This document shows positions 19,514 to 29,087 of a DNA stretch of 64,000 bases, one piece after another; positions within the stretch are counted from its first letter, which is position 1, and every line of letters starts with the position of its first letter. Source of the DNA: Limisphaerales bacterium (GTDB taxonomy: Bacteria > Verrucomicrobiota > Verrucomicrobiia > Limisphaerales > SIBE01); NCBI GenBank assembly GCA_044225505.1, contig JBGAIN010000005.1, positions 62,001 through 126,000 on the forward strand. Direction: 5' to 3'. The translations under genes and the position numbers were made by a program. The notes below the pieces were generated by a model. That model worked only from the letters and a program-made list of their open reading frames with translations. It was not told the origin of the DNA and ran no database searches.

Positions 19514-20884
19514 ATGAACTCCCGTTGCACGTTCCGGCTCGCTGTCGTGGCCCTAAGCCTGTGTTTCCATGGCCTCAGCCTGCAAGCCCAAGACAACGCT
19601 GCGAGCCAACCCAATCTTCGCTTCGAGATTCCAGCGACCGATGAAGGGCTGCCTGGCGCTGGGCCAATCCGACGCTATGACTGGTTTCGCCGGCTTTGGA
19701 CGGAACGCCGCAGCCAGTGGGCGAAACGCGTGGAAAAAGACCGCGGTGCCGTGGTTTTAGTGGGAGACTCGATCACCCAAGGCTGGGGGGACGATTTCAG
19801 CGCCTGGTTTCCCGGGATGAAAATCGCCAATCGCGGAATCAGCGGAGACACCTCGCGCGGCGTCCTGCTCCGCTTGCAGGAAGACGTCCTGGTCTTGCAG
19901 CCGAGTGCCATCGTTCTGCTCATTGGCACCAATGATCTCGAGGAAAAGACGACACCGGAAACCATCGCTGCCAATCTCAAGCTTCTGCTCGAAACCTTCG
20001 CTCGGCACGATCCGCGAATGCCTGTGGTTGTTTGCCAGGTATTTCCCAGCTCGGCCTCCAAATCTCGGCCGTCAGATCAGATTAAGAAAATCAACCAGCT
20101 TTACGCCGGACTGGTGAAAGGGAATCCCCAAGTCACCTTCGTGGAGACTTGGCCGCTGTTAGCGGACGCGCACGGAGATGCGCTCCCGGAACTCTTCCCG
20201 GATCTGCTTCATCTCAACCTGGCAGGCTATCTCCGCTGGGCGGCAGGCTTGCGCCCGATCTTCGCGACGCTCGGATTGCTCGAAACTCAGCCTTATCAGT
20301 TTGCGCCTGAGCCCGGCTATGTTGCGCTGTTCAACGGCCAGGACCTCAGCGGCTGGGGTTTCCGGCCAACCTCGGATGCGGACAAGGAATCGGCTCGCAA
20401 ATGGCAAACTGGCGATCGAAACGCGCCGCCCTGGCCCATCGTCACCACACCGATGGCTTTTGATGGCCAGACGCAAAGTCCAGATGGCCGCTATGTCGCC
20501 AAGAACGGACGCCTGATCGTGACCACACCACCGGAAGGACGACGTATTCAAGAGCTCTCCTCGACCCGGGAGTTTCCCAAAAACTTCGTTCTGCGGCTGG
20601 AGTTTCGCGCGACTCCGAATGCCGACAGCGGTATTTTCATTCGCGGACGTCAGCTTCAATGTCGGGACTATCTCCTGGCTGGACCCTACAAGAACCTCAA
20701 AAACTATCGCGCCGGTGATTGGAACGAGATTGAAGTCACCGTCACAGACCGCGTCGCGCACTGCTTGTGCAACGGCGAGGTGTTGGAAGCGGCGATGCCA
20801 GTTCCTGCGACGGGTGCAATCGGCCTCGAAGGGGATCGAGGACAACTCGAATACCGCCGAATTCGAATTAAGGAACTGCCGTAA
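19514..20884 (+). CDS. Exported SGNH/GDSL esterase fused to DUF1080 (3-keto-disaccharide hydrolase-like) domain
   Basis: VGDSIT, NRGISGD, IGTND, DLLH blocks; then LFNGQDLSGW...NADSGIF...WNEIEV...G.IGLEGD...YRRIRIKEL. Confidence 0.9.
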   Translation: MNSRCTFRLAVVALSLCFHGLSLQAQDNAASQPNLRFEIPATDEGLPGAGPIRRYDWFRRLWTERRSQWAKRVEKDRGAVVLVGDSITQGWGDDFSAWFPGMKIANRGISGDTSRGVLLRLQEDVLVLQPSAIVLLIGTNDLEEKTTPETIAANLKLLLETFARHDPRMPVVVCQVFPSSASKSRPSDQIKKINQLYAGLVKGNPQVTFVETWPLLADAHGDALPELFPDLLHLNLAGYLRWAAGLRPIFATLGLLETQPYQFAPEPGYVALFNGQDLSGWGFRPTSDADKESARKWQTGDRNAPPWPIVTTPMAFDGQTQSPDGRYVAKNGRLIVTTPPEGRRIQELSSTREFPKNFVLRLEFRATPNADSGIFIRGRQLQCRDYLLAGPYKNLKNYRAGDWNEIEVTVTDRVAHCLCNGEVLEAAMPVPATGAIGLEGDRGQLEYRRIRIKELP

Positions 20885-21013
20885 CTCAGGAGCTTCAGAT
20901 CCCGTCGACGGTTGATCGACGAATCCAACGCGCGACAACTGGACCCTTGGATCCAGCCGCGCACCATATTTCCAGGCAATCGGGAGAGAGGCACCCCCTG
21001 GCTGCTGCGTCCC

Positions 21014-21562
21014 CTACGACTTCACCCGTTTGAGCGTTGTCGGATGCTCCGGCAGTTCTTTTCCTTCCATGTTAGCTTTGCAGCTCGTGGAGATCGTGTC
21101 CGCGTCCTGAAACTGAATTTTCATCGCGTGCATGTGCGATTCCTTTGCCGGAATAATGCCGCAAGACTTGTCAAAATCGAAGGTCAGGCTTTTCGTGTCA
21201 GACGATTTCAAGAGCATGGCCGGGCGATTTCCCATCATACAGTAATGGGTCATGGCCAACGTCCCATCTTTTTGATAGTACATCGTTACCATCTCATTCG
21301 GTGTCCCTTCAAAAACGCGCTCTTCCAAAACGCTTCCGCCAGCCAGTAATCGGTATCGAACGATGATCTCCATCGGTCCCTGGCCCATGTCGGTCTCGCC
21401 CTTCCAAGTGCCGACCGGCGTCTTCAAGCGGTCAAACTCCGGCGACGACGCTTTTGGAGTCGGAGACTCTCCGGCATTCAGACAGATAGAAGCGGCAAGA
21501 AGCAAACTAGCGCAGACTGTTTTGCATTGGGTATTTATAGGATTCTTCTGTTTGGGATTCAT
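21014..21562 (-). CDS. Exported hypothetical beta-barrel protein
   Basis: Signal-like leader; FDRLK.PVGTWKG, EMVTMYY, MTHYCMMGNRP, HMH motifs. Confidence 0.8.
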   Translation of the reverse strand: MNPKQKNPINTQCKTVCASLLLAASICLNAGESPTPKASSPEFDRLKTPVGTWKGETDMGQGPMEIIVRYRLLAGGSVLEERVFEGTPNEMVTMYYQKDGTLAMTHYCMMGNRPAMLLKSSDTKSLTFDFDKSCGIIPAKESHMHAMKIQFQDADTISTSCKANMEGKELPEHPTTLKRVKS

Positions 21563-21673
21563 GGTGACCTGTTCCTCAGTACGACGAATACGGCCGGGCC
21601 GTTAGGGACAATGGTTTTTCCTGGCTCGTGAGCCACCCGCGTCCCGGCGCCGCCCGGGCGGCGCGAGTGAAGG

Positions 21674-21724
21674 TGCGCAAACTTTGCGCATCATAGCCGC
21701 AACCGGTTGTGAAAAGAATGCGCA
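21674..21724 (+). promoter_or_regulatory. Two 17-bp enhancer-like (bEBP) sites
   Basis: TGCGCAAA-C-TTTGCGCA (perfect dyad, 21674-21690) and TGTGAAAAGAATGCGCA (21708-21724), starts 34 bp apart. Confidence 0.65.
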
Positions 21725-21764
21725 CTCTCCACTTGAGAACCCCCGATTCACGGGCAAACCCCGT

Positions 21765-21782
21765 TCGGCATCCCGGATGCTA
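21765..21782 (+). promoter_or_regulatory. Putative sigma54 (-24/-12) promoter of the secretion operon
   Basis: TCGGCATCCCGGATGCTA: GG(21767-68)-N10-GC(21779-80), close to TGGCAC-N5-TTGCW. Confidence 0.7.
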
Positions 21783-21872
21783 ACCGCGCCCTTGAGAAAC
21801 CCGGCTAGTGGTCGCCTGCGGGCGTCACCCTTCCCGGATCAACAAAACAAAGAACCTATAGGGAGAACGTAG

Positions 21873-22430
21873 ATGAGACGATTACTCAATCCGGCAGTGC
21901 TGGCCGCCATTGCGGCAGTTTTGGTCTGGCTACCCGTCACGAGCCGAGCGCAACAAGGAGGAGGGGGCGGCGGCGGTCGAGGCAATTTTGACCCTGAACA
22001 AATGCGCCAGCGGATGATGGAACGCTATCGCGAGGTCCTGGAAGTTAAAGAGGACGAAGCATGGAAAGCGATTGAAAGTCGCATCACCAAAGTGAACGAG
22101 GCGCGGCGGGAAGTCGGAATTGGCGGGATGCGTGGTATGTTTGGCGGAGGGCGTCGTCCTGGTGGTGGAGGTGGCGCGGAGGCATCGTCGACGGACAGCG
22201 AACGTCGCCCGCGAGGTGGCTTTGGCGGACAACAGAGCGCCGCGGCTCAAGATCTCCAGAAAGCGATCGATTCCAAAGCGTCAGCCGAGACGATCAAGGC
22301 CAAATTGGCTGCATATCGGGAGGACAAACAGCAAAAGCAGGCCAATCTAGAGAAAGCTCAGGAAGATCTGAAGAAAGTCCTGACACTGCGCCAGGAAGCC
22401 GCCGCGGTCCTCGCCGGACTTTTGGACTAA
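21873..22430 (+). CDS. Periplasmic helical protein with Gly-rich linkers (Spy/CpxP/ZraP-like architecture)
   Basis: Signal peptide ending SRA|Q, NFDPEQMRQRMMERYRE, C-terminal LKKVLTLRQEA (LTxxQ motif). Confidence 0.8.
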   Translation: MRRLLNPAVLAAIAAVLVWLPVTSRAQQGGGGGGGRGNFDPEQMRQRMMERYREVLEVKEDEAWKAIESRITKVNEARREVGIGGMRGMFGGGRRPGGGGGAEASSTDSERRPRGGFGGQQSAAAQDLQKAIDSKASAETIKAKLAAYREDKQQKQANLEKAQEDLKKVLTLRQEAAAVLAGLLD

Positions 22431-22492
22431 TTCACTGTTACTAACAGCCGCGTGTCCGCGTCCAGTCTGATGCCTATGGAAAGGATCCACGT

Positions 22493-24238
22493 ATGAGCGA
22501 CCTGCTCGAGAAAATGGTTGCCGCCAAGCAACTCTCGGCCAATGACGCCGCTCAGCTGGCCGCTCCTCAGAACAACGGACGCGGCACGCCACCTCTCTCG
22601 GAGGAGGAAGTCCTGCAATGGTTGGCCAAGGAATATGACTTGGGCTACACCTCCCTCGACGAGATTGAGCCTGACAAAGAGGTCCTTTCCCTCTTTCCGG
22701 CGCGCATTCTCCTAAAGAATGAGTTACTGCCACTCCGCCGTGTGGACGGATGTGTCGAGGTCGCCACATGCCGGCTCTTTGCCACGCACGGTCTTGATAC
22801 CCTCAAGACGATGACTGGGCTTCGCCTGCGTCCGGTCTTGGCTCCCACGGAAGCTATTCAACGTGAGATGAAGAAGCGCCTGGGCGTTGGCGCCGACACC
22901 ATTGGAACGTTGGACGAAGAAAAATCGTTCGAAGTGGTCGATGAGACGGGAGAAGAGGATACGAACCTCGACAATGCCGCCGAGGACGCTTCGATTATAC
23001 GCTTTGTCAATCAGGTCTTGCGCGACGCCATCGAACTCCGCGCCTCGGACATACACCTGGAACCTTTCGAGGATGAACTTCGGATCCGTTACCGCATTGA
23101 CGGTGTGCTGCAAGATGTCCCTGTTCCCGCACAGGTGAAACGGTTTCAGCCCGCGATCGTTTCGCGGGTGAAAATCCTCAGCCACTTGAATATCGCCGAA
23201 AAGCGGCTGCCGCAAGATGGTCGAATCAAGATTCGAATTGACGATGCTGAAGTGGACATCCGGGTGTCCGTGATACCTATGATTCACGGCGAGGCCGTCG
23301 TGATGCGGTTGCTCCGCCAAAACGCTAGCCTCCGAGGCATGCGCGAATTGGGCATGGACACTCGAGAACTGCAGAGTTTTCAACGGGTGCTCCAGCTGCC
23401 CCACGGCATTATCCTGGTGACCGGCCCGACGGGCAGCGGAAAAACCTCGACGCTTTACACCGCTTTGCACGAGATCAATGACGCGGTGCGCAAGATCATC
23501 ACCATTGAAGATCCCGTCGAATATCAACTCAAAGGCGTCAATCAAATTCAAGTTTCTGAAAAGGCAGGGCTCACCTTCGGTCGCGGGCTACGTTCCATCC
23601 TCCGCCACGATCCGGATGTCGTTCTGATCGGGGAAATTCGAGACAAAGAGACGGCTCAAATCGCCGTGCAAGCGTCGCTCACGGGACATTTGGTGTTCTC
23701 CACCCTTCACACCAACGATGCGCCAGGCGCACTCACCCGATTGGTCGACATGGGAGTCGAGCCTTATCTTGTCGCGTCCTCTTTGGAAGCGGTCCTGGCG
23801 CAACGCTTGGTTCGCCTTCTCTGCAAACACTGTAAACAGGTGGACGATTCGCCAACGGCCGCCGCTTTCAAAGCTCAGGTTGGAATCCCAGCGAATACCA
23901 GAATCTACCGCTCGGTCGGCTGCAGAGAATGCCGCAACACCGGCTTCCATGGACGTCGCGGCATCTTTGAGTGGATGGACACGGACAACGAGATCCGCCA
24001 ACTCGTCCTGAACAGCCGGTCGACCGATGAGATTCGGACCGCTGCCCGCCGCGCTGGAATGAAGACGCTGGCGGACGATGGCTGGCGCTTAGTGCGTCAG
24101 GGCGAAACCACGGTGGAAGAGGTCCTCAGCGTAACGACGGCGAAAGAAGTTTCGCTGACCACCGTCGCTGGGGCTAACGCCAACGGTGCTGCAGAAGACG
24201 TTTCCCTCGCTCAGATCGCAGTCACTCGATCTAACTAA
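22493..24238 (+). CDS. gspE: Type II secretion ATPase GspE/PulE
   Basis: ASDIHLEP, RLPQDGR, Walker A GPTGSGKT, TIEDPVE, RHDPDVVLIGEIRD, STLHTND, CKHC...CREC. Confidence 0.95.
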   Translation: MSDLLEKMVAAKQLSANDAAQLAAPQNNGRGTPPLSEEEVLQWLAKEYDLGYTSLDEIEPDKEVLSLFPARILLKNELLPLRRVDGCVEVATCRLFATHGLDTLKTMTGLRLRPVLAPTEAIQREMKKRLGVGADTIGTLDEEKSFEVVDETGEEDTNLDNAAEDASIIRFVNQVLRDAIELRASDIHLEPFEDELRIRYRIDGVLQDVPVPAQVKRFQPAIVSRVKILSHLNIAEKRLPQDGRIKIRIDDAEVDIRVSVIPMIHGEAVVMRLLRQNASLRGMRELGMDTRELQSFQRVLQLPHGIILVTGPTGSGKTSTLYTALHEINDAVRKIITIEDPVEYQLKGVNQIQVSEKAGLTFGRGLRSILRHDPDVVLIGEIRDKETAQIAVQASLTGHLVFSTLHTNDAPGALTRLVDMGVEPYLVASSLEAVLAQRLVRLLCKHCKQVDDSPTAAAFKAQVGIPANTRIYRSVGCRECRNTGFHGRRGIFEWMDTDNEIRQLVLNSRSTDEIRTAARRAGMKTLADDGWRLVRQGETTVEEVLSVTTAKEVSLTTVAGANANGAAEDVSLAQIAVTRSN

Positions 24239-24249
24239 CCTCGTTCGCC

Positions 24250-25509
24250 ATGGCCGTCTTTCAGTACAAAGCGCTTCAGGGTAACGGATCGATCGCCGAA
24301 GGTGAGATCGAGGCCGGTGGTCGCCAGGAAGCTCTCCGCCAAATGGAAAGCCGCGGGCTGCGTCCAATCCGCTTGGCAGAACGCCGCACCGGCAAGACCG
24401 ACCGGCCCGCCCCTCCGACCAACGGCGCCCCGACGACCGGTCCATTGAAAATCTCCTTCGGCGGAGCGAAGAAAATCACGGCCCGCGTCCTGGAAAATTT
24501 CACACGCTTGCTCTCGAGTTTGTTGGCCGCAGGCGTCCCGCTTAGCCGCGCATTAGTGATTCTGCAGAAGGAAGCAGCCAATCCCGTGGCCAAGGCGAAG
24601 TGGAAGGAGATTCATGACTCCGTCGTCGACGGGATGTCCTTAGCCAATGCCATGGGCAAATCTCCGGATACCTTCCCGCGGGTCTATGTGGCCATGGTAG
24701 AAGCCGGAGAAACTGGCGGGTTTCTCGACGTGGTGCTGGCCCAGATCGCCGATTTCCAGGCCCGCGAAAAAGAGATGCGCGCGAAAGTCATGACCGCTCT
24801 GCTTTACCCGACCATTCTACTCTTTCTCGCAACCGGTGTCCTGATCTTTCTTCTCGTGTTCTTTATCCCACGCTTTCAGTCGATTTTCGCGGGTTTCGGG
24901 GCGCACCTGCCCCTGCTGACCCAGATGATCGTCTCCACCAGCGAAATCCTGCGCTCCTACGGGCTGTTTGTGCTCGTGGGGGTGGTCTTGGCAGGGTATC
25001 TGGTCCGCACCTGGGTTGTATCGCCAAAAGGGCGACGAGCATGGGAAGGGCTTATGCTCCAGCTCCCGGCGGTAGGGCCCTTGGTCGCTCAATTCGCCAT
25101 GTCTCGCTTCTGCCGAATGCTCGGCACATTGCTCGGGGCTGGCGTCCCCTTGATCAATGGCCTCAATGTGGCACGACGCTCCATCGGAAACCAAATCCTG
25201 GTCGACGCCGTGTCGAATTCGATCGATCGCGTCAAGGAAGGCAAACAACTTGGACCAAGTCTCGCCGACTGCGGTTCCCTGTTTTCGGGTTCTGTTCTCG
25301 AAATGATTTCGGTGGCAGAAGAAAGTGGACGGTTGGATCAGGAGCTCGTCCGCATTGCGGATGTGACCGAGGGCGATCTGGACCGCCAGCTCAAGACGGC
25401 CGTGGCCCTGGCTGAACCGCTCATGCTTTTCTTTATTGCCGCGTTTATCGGCACGATCTTTATCGGGATGGTGATCCCTATCTTCTCACTCCAAGACTAT
25501 ATCAAATGA
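24250..25509 (+). CDS. gspF: Type II secretion inner-membrane platform protein GspF
   Basis: FTRLLSSLLAAGVPL, AGETGGFLD, ALLYP, AEESGRLD, LAEPLM; three TM segments. Confidence 0.95.
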   Translation: MAVFQYKALQGNGSIAEGEIEAGGRQEALRQMESRGLRPIRLAERRTGKTDRPAPPTNGAPTTGPLKISFGGAKKITARVLENFTRLLSSLLAAGVPLSRALVILQKEAANPVAKAKWKEIHDSVVDGMSLANAMGKSPDTFPRVYVAMVEAGETGGFLDVVLAQIADFQAREKEMRAKVMTALLYPTILLFLATGVLIFLLVFFIPRFQSIFAGFGAHLPLLTQMIVSTSEILRSYGLFVLVGVVLAGYLVRTWVVSPKGRRAWEGLMLQLPAVGPLVAQFAMSRFCRMLGTLLGAGVPLINGLNVARRSIGNQILVDAVSNSIDRVKEGKQLGPSLADCGSLFSGSVLEMISVAEESGRLDQELVRIADVTEGDLDRQLKTAVALAEPLMLFFIAAFIGTIFIGMVIPIFSLQDYIK

Positions 25510-26009
25510 AACTCCCACACTCGGCATCAACCATGAGAATCCGCCGTCGGCAAAACTCTGGCATTCGCACCTCTGGCACGGGCCCGCGCCAAGGGTTCAC
25601 GTTGATTGAACTCCTGCTTGTTTTGGTCATCCTGGGCATTCTGGCCGCCTTGGTCGTTCCGAAGTTCTCAGGACGCACCGAACAAGCGCGCGTTACCGCA
25701 GCCCACTCGCAAATCGCAACCTTTGGGACAGCCCTGGACGCTTTTGAAGTCGACAATGGGTTTTATCCGAAAGGGCGCAATGGCCTGCAGGACCTGGTGC
25801 AGCAGCCGCGCGACGCACAGAATTGGAAAGGACCTTACCTCAAGAGCGATATCCCGGTCGATCCTTGGGGAAATGCTTACATTTATGAATGCCCGGGCAA
25901 GCACAACTCGACTGGTTACGATCTCATGTCGGTCGGACCGGACGGCCGGGAAGGTGGCGACGATGACATTACAAACTGGCAGCAGCCCAATCAACGTCAG
26001 CAACGTTAA
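25506..26009 (+). CDS. gspG: Major pseudopilin GspG
   Basis: [57 protein letters not shown]. Confidence 0.95.
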   Translation: MKLPHSASTMRIRRRQNSGIRTSGTGPRQGFTLIELLLVLVILGILAALVVPKFSGRTEQARVTAAHSQIATFGTALDAFEVDNGFYPKGRNGLQDLVQQPRDAQNWKGPYLKSDIPVDPWGNAYIYECPGKHNSTGYDLMSVGPDGREGGDDDITNWQQPNQRQQR

Positions 26010-26547
26010 GTTACGCGACGCGGTTGGCTTCACTTTGATCGAACTGATCCTGGTTATGGCCCTCCTCGTCATTGTGCTTTCCGTGACCGCTCCGTCGCTA
26101 TCGCGCTTTTTCCGAGGTCGAGCGCTCGACTCCGAAGCGAAACGGTTCCTGGCCATGACACGTTATGGACAAAGCCGCGCTGTGTCAGACGGAGTGCCCG
26201 TGGTGCTTTGGATCGACGCCAAAGAACCCGCTTACGGTTTGCATCTGGACAGCAGCTACGTTGATCGCGACCTCAAAGAAGTCCAGTTCACTTTGGCCAA
26301 AGACGTCCAAGTGGAGGTTGTGCAGTCCAACGAGTCGCGGCGAGAAGCCACCCTCTGGAAAGGAAACGGGGGCTTTGGCGCGGCTTTGCCGAAAATCCGA
26401 TTTACGCCGGACGGATTCATTAGTTCGAGCAGTCCCGAACGAATCGTGTTCCGACAGGCAGACGCTGGTGAAATCTGGATTGGGCCTAGTCTCAACCATC
26501 TGAACTATGAAATTCAGACGAACCAATTCGCGCGAGTCTTGCGCTAG
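25963..26547 (+). CDS. gspH: Minor pseudopilin GspH/FimT-like
   Basis: G|FTLIELILVMALLVIV, YGQSRAV, IRFTPDG; nearest in-frame ATG is at 25963. Confidence 0.85.
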   Translation: MTLQTGSSPINVSNVKLRDAVGFTLIELILVMALLVIVLSVTAPSLSRFFRGRALDSEAKRFLAMTRYGQSRAVSDGVPVVLWIDAKEPAYGLHLDSSYVDRDLKEVQFTLAKDVQVEVVQSNESRREATLWKGNGGFGAALPKIRFTPDGFISSSSPERIVFRQADAGEIWIGPSLNHLNYEIQTNQFARVLR

Positions 26548-26917
26548 CCTGGGGCGCGACGCCTTTACGCTCGTCGAGGTGCTGGCATCCCTGGTTTTCA
26601 TGGCCATCGTCATTCCGACGGCCGTGCATGGACTGCGGATCGCGAGCATGGCCGGACAGATGGGCGAACGCAAAGCGGTGGCAGCTCGCATCGCTGACCG
26701 CGTCCTGAACGAATTAGTGGTCACTCGCCAATGGCAGAATGCCGCTCAGAGCGGCGTGGTGCAGGAAGGACCCATTCCTTACCGTTGGCGGACGCTCACA
26801 GAACCTTGGATTCAGCAGAACGTGCTCCGCCTGATGACGGTGCAAGTCACATTTCCCATGCAAGGACGCGACTATGACGTCCGTCTTAGCACGATCGTGG
26901 ACACGGCCGTGCAATGA
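26507..26917 (+). CDS. gspI: Minor pseudopilin GspI-like
   Basis: A|FTLVEVLASLVFMAIVIP; position in operon. Confidence 0.82.
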   Translation: MKFRRTNSRESCASLGRDAFTLVEVLASLVFMAIVIPTAVHGLRIASMAGQMGERKAVAARIADRVLNELVVTRQWQNAAQSGVVQEGPIPYRWRTLTEPWIQQNVLRLMTVQVTFPMQGRDYDVRLSTIVDTAVQ

Positions 26918-27711
26918 ACTTACCAACTCCAAATCCTGACGGAGCAGCCTGGCGACTCAGTCGCCGGACGCGCGCAGCTGCCGCGCGCGCTCGAGGGACT
27001 TGGACAACGGGATTCACGCTGATTGAAATGCTACTGGCGGTCGCCATCTTCGCGATCGTCCTCGTCGCCATTCACACCGTTTTCTATGGAGCGCTACGCC
27101 TAAGCGCCCGAACCACAGAGTCCGTCGAGCAGGGCCTTCCTTTGCAGCAGTCCTTGGCCATTTTGCAGAGAGATCTCGCTAACCTGGTCCTGCCGAGCGG
27201 AACGTTCTTCGGCGAACTTCAAACATCCCAAAGCGCGACGGGATCGACCAACACCCTGAACGTGCTCAGCCCTGTCAACGACGCCATTATAGGGCAGTCC
27301 AGTCCCGCATTCTTTACCGCGACAGGCGTGGTGCAAGAGGGCGCTCCCTGGGGCGATATTGTCCGCGTTGCCTATTATCTAACTCCTTCCACCAACCAGA
27401 CACCTGGCAAAGACCTTATCCGCTCCGTGACTCGCAATCTCCTACCGGTTATGCAGGAGCAACCCGAGAATCAATGGCTCATGGGAGGGCTTCAAAGCAT
27501 CGCGTTCTCCTATTACGACGGCCTGCAATGGCGCGAGTATTGGGACTCCACGACGGAGACGAACAAACTCCCGTTTGGCATCAAAGTGCAATTGCAAATG
27601 GTGCCGGACACCAACGACCGCTCCCGCCGGGACCCCGTGGAGCTGGTTGTCCCTATTGTCGTTCGGCCGGGCACCAATGAAACTGAGACCGCCACGGGAG
27701 GTGCCCAATGA
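26914..27711 (+). CDS. gspJ: Minor pseudopilin GspJ
   Basis: G|FTLIEMLLAVAIFAIVL, LQRDL, VAYYL, YYDGLQWREYWDS, LP.GIKVQL. Confidence 0.9.
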   Translation: MNLPTPNPDGAAWRLSRRTRAAAARARGTWTTGFTLIEMLLAVAIFAIVLVAIHTVFYGALRLSARTTESVEQGLPLQQSLAILQRDLANLVLPSGTFFGELQTSQSATGSTNTLNVLSPVNDAIIGQSSPAFFTATGVVQEGAPWGDIVRVAYYLTPSTNQTPGKDLIRSVTRNLLPVMQEQPENQWLMGGLQSIAFSYYDGLQWREYWDSTTETNKLPFGIKVQLQMVPDTNDRSRRDPVELVVPIVVRPGTNETETATGGAQ

Positions 27712-29087
27712 AACTGCCGCTGGCCAACCGCGACGAATCGAGCGCGCGCGGGTCGGTCTTGATCATCGTGCTCTGGATTGCCTTTGGGCTGGTTAGCATC
27801 GCCTTGTATTTTGCACAGAGCATGAGTTTCGAGCTGCGCGCTGCGGATAATCGGGTCGCCAGCTTGGAAGCGGAACAAGCGATCGCCGGCGCGGTTCGCT
27901 ACGTGAGTAATGTTCTCTCCAACTCGCCGTACCCGGGCTCGCTTCCGGACGCTTTATCTTATCGCCGGGACGCCGTCCCGGTCGGCAACGCGACGTTTTG
28001 GCTCATTGGTCGGTCAGACCAACAAACCAACCGGGACCAGCCGAGTTTTGATCTAATTGATGAAGGTTCCAAACTCAATCTGAACAAAGCGTCAGTTGAG
28101 ATGCTCGAACTCCTTCCACGGATGACTCCCTCGCTGGCGGCCGCAATTGTGGACTGGCGGGATAGCAACAGCGATTCCAGCGAAGGCGGAGCGGAGGACG
28201 ATATCTACCAGCGCTTGAACCCCGCGTATCGCTGCAAGAACGCCAATTACGAAACGATTGACGAGTTACGGTTAGTTTACGGTATGGACCTCGAGCTCTT
28301 GTATGGAGAAGACGCCAACCTCAACGGCGTCCTCGATCTCAATGAAAATGACGGTGACCAGTCGTTCCCTTTTGACAATCGTGACGGCCGCTTGGATCCC
28401 GGACTGTTCGAGTATTTCACGGTCTACAGCAAAGAGCCGACGTCGCGAACGAACGGCTCGCCGCGGGTTAACGTCACCAATCAGACCGAGCTGGCGTCTT
28501 TGCTGATTGAGAAATTTGGCTCCGACCGAGCGAGTGAGATTCAGCGCCAGTTGACCGGCGGCGGCGGGCGTGGAAGCGGGACGGGAAGCCGGACGCTTTC
28601 CGTGCGGAGCGTTCTCGAGTTTTACATGGTTAGCGGGATGACAGCTTCCGATTTCGCTCAGATCGAAAACGACATTACGGTCTCCGGGACCAACGCGCTC
28701 GGGTCGGTGAACGTCAATACCGCGAGCGAGGCCGTCCTCGCGTGCATTCCGGGAATCGGTTTCGAGAATGCGCCTGGACTAGTCGGTTACCGGCAGAACA
28801 ACCGCGCCACTCTCCTGGCTAATCCCTCGATCGCGTGGGTGGCGGATATTTTGAGCCAGACGAATGCGGTTCAGGCGGGGCCCTACTTGACCGGGCATAG
28901 CTATCAATTCACTGCGGATATTGCTGCAGTGGGCCACTACGGTCGCGGGTTCCGTCGGGTTAAATTTGTATTCGACACCAGCGAAGGGGCGCCACGCGTG
29001 ATCTTTCGACAAGATTTGACTCACCTAGGTTGGCCACTTGGAAAAGACGTGCGTAACGTTTTGCTAACAGCCGCCACCCGACCATGA
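27708..29087 (+). CDS. gspK: Minor pseudopilin GspK
   Basis: RG|SVLIIVLWI, DEGSKLNLN, AAAIVDWRD, ELRLVYGM, VNVNTASEAVLACIPGI. Confidence 0.92.
   Translation: MKLPLANRDESSARGSVLIIVLWIAFGLVSIALYFAQSMSFELRAADNRVASLEAEQAIAGAVRYVSNVLSNSPYPGSLPDALSYRRDAVPVGNATFWLIGRSDQQTNRDQPSFDLIDEGSKLNLNKASVEMLELLPRMTPSLAAAIVDWRDSNSDSSEGGAEDDIYQRLNPAYRCKNANYETIDELRLVYGMDLELLYGEDANLNGVLDLNENDGDQSFPFDNRDGRLDPGLFEYFTVYSKEPTSRTNGSPRVNVTNQTELASLLIEKFGSDRASEIQRQLTGGGGRGSGTGSRTLSVRSVLEFYMVSGMTASDFAQIENDITVSGTNALGSVNVNTASEAVLACIPGIGFENAPGLVGYRQNNRATLLANPSIAWVADILSQTNAVQAGPYLTGHSYQFTADIAAVGHYGRGFRRVKFVFDTSEGAPRVIFRQDLTHLGWPLGKDVRNVLLTAATRP

Noticed and set aside
25606..25962. 313-aa version of gspH
   Set aside because: The extension is an alternative frame of gspG; the prepilin motif implies a start at 25963.
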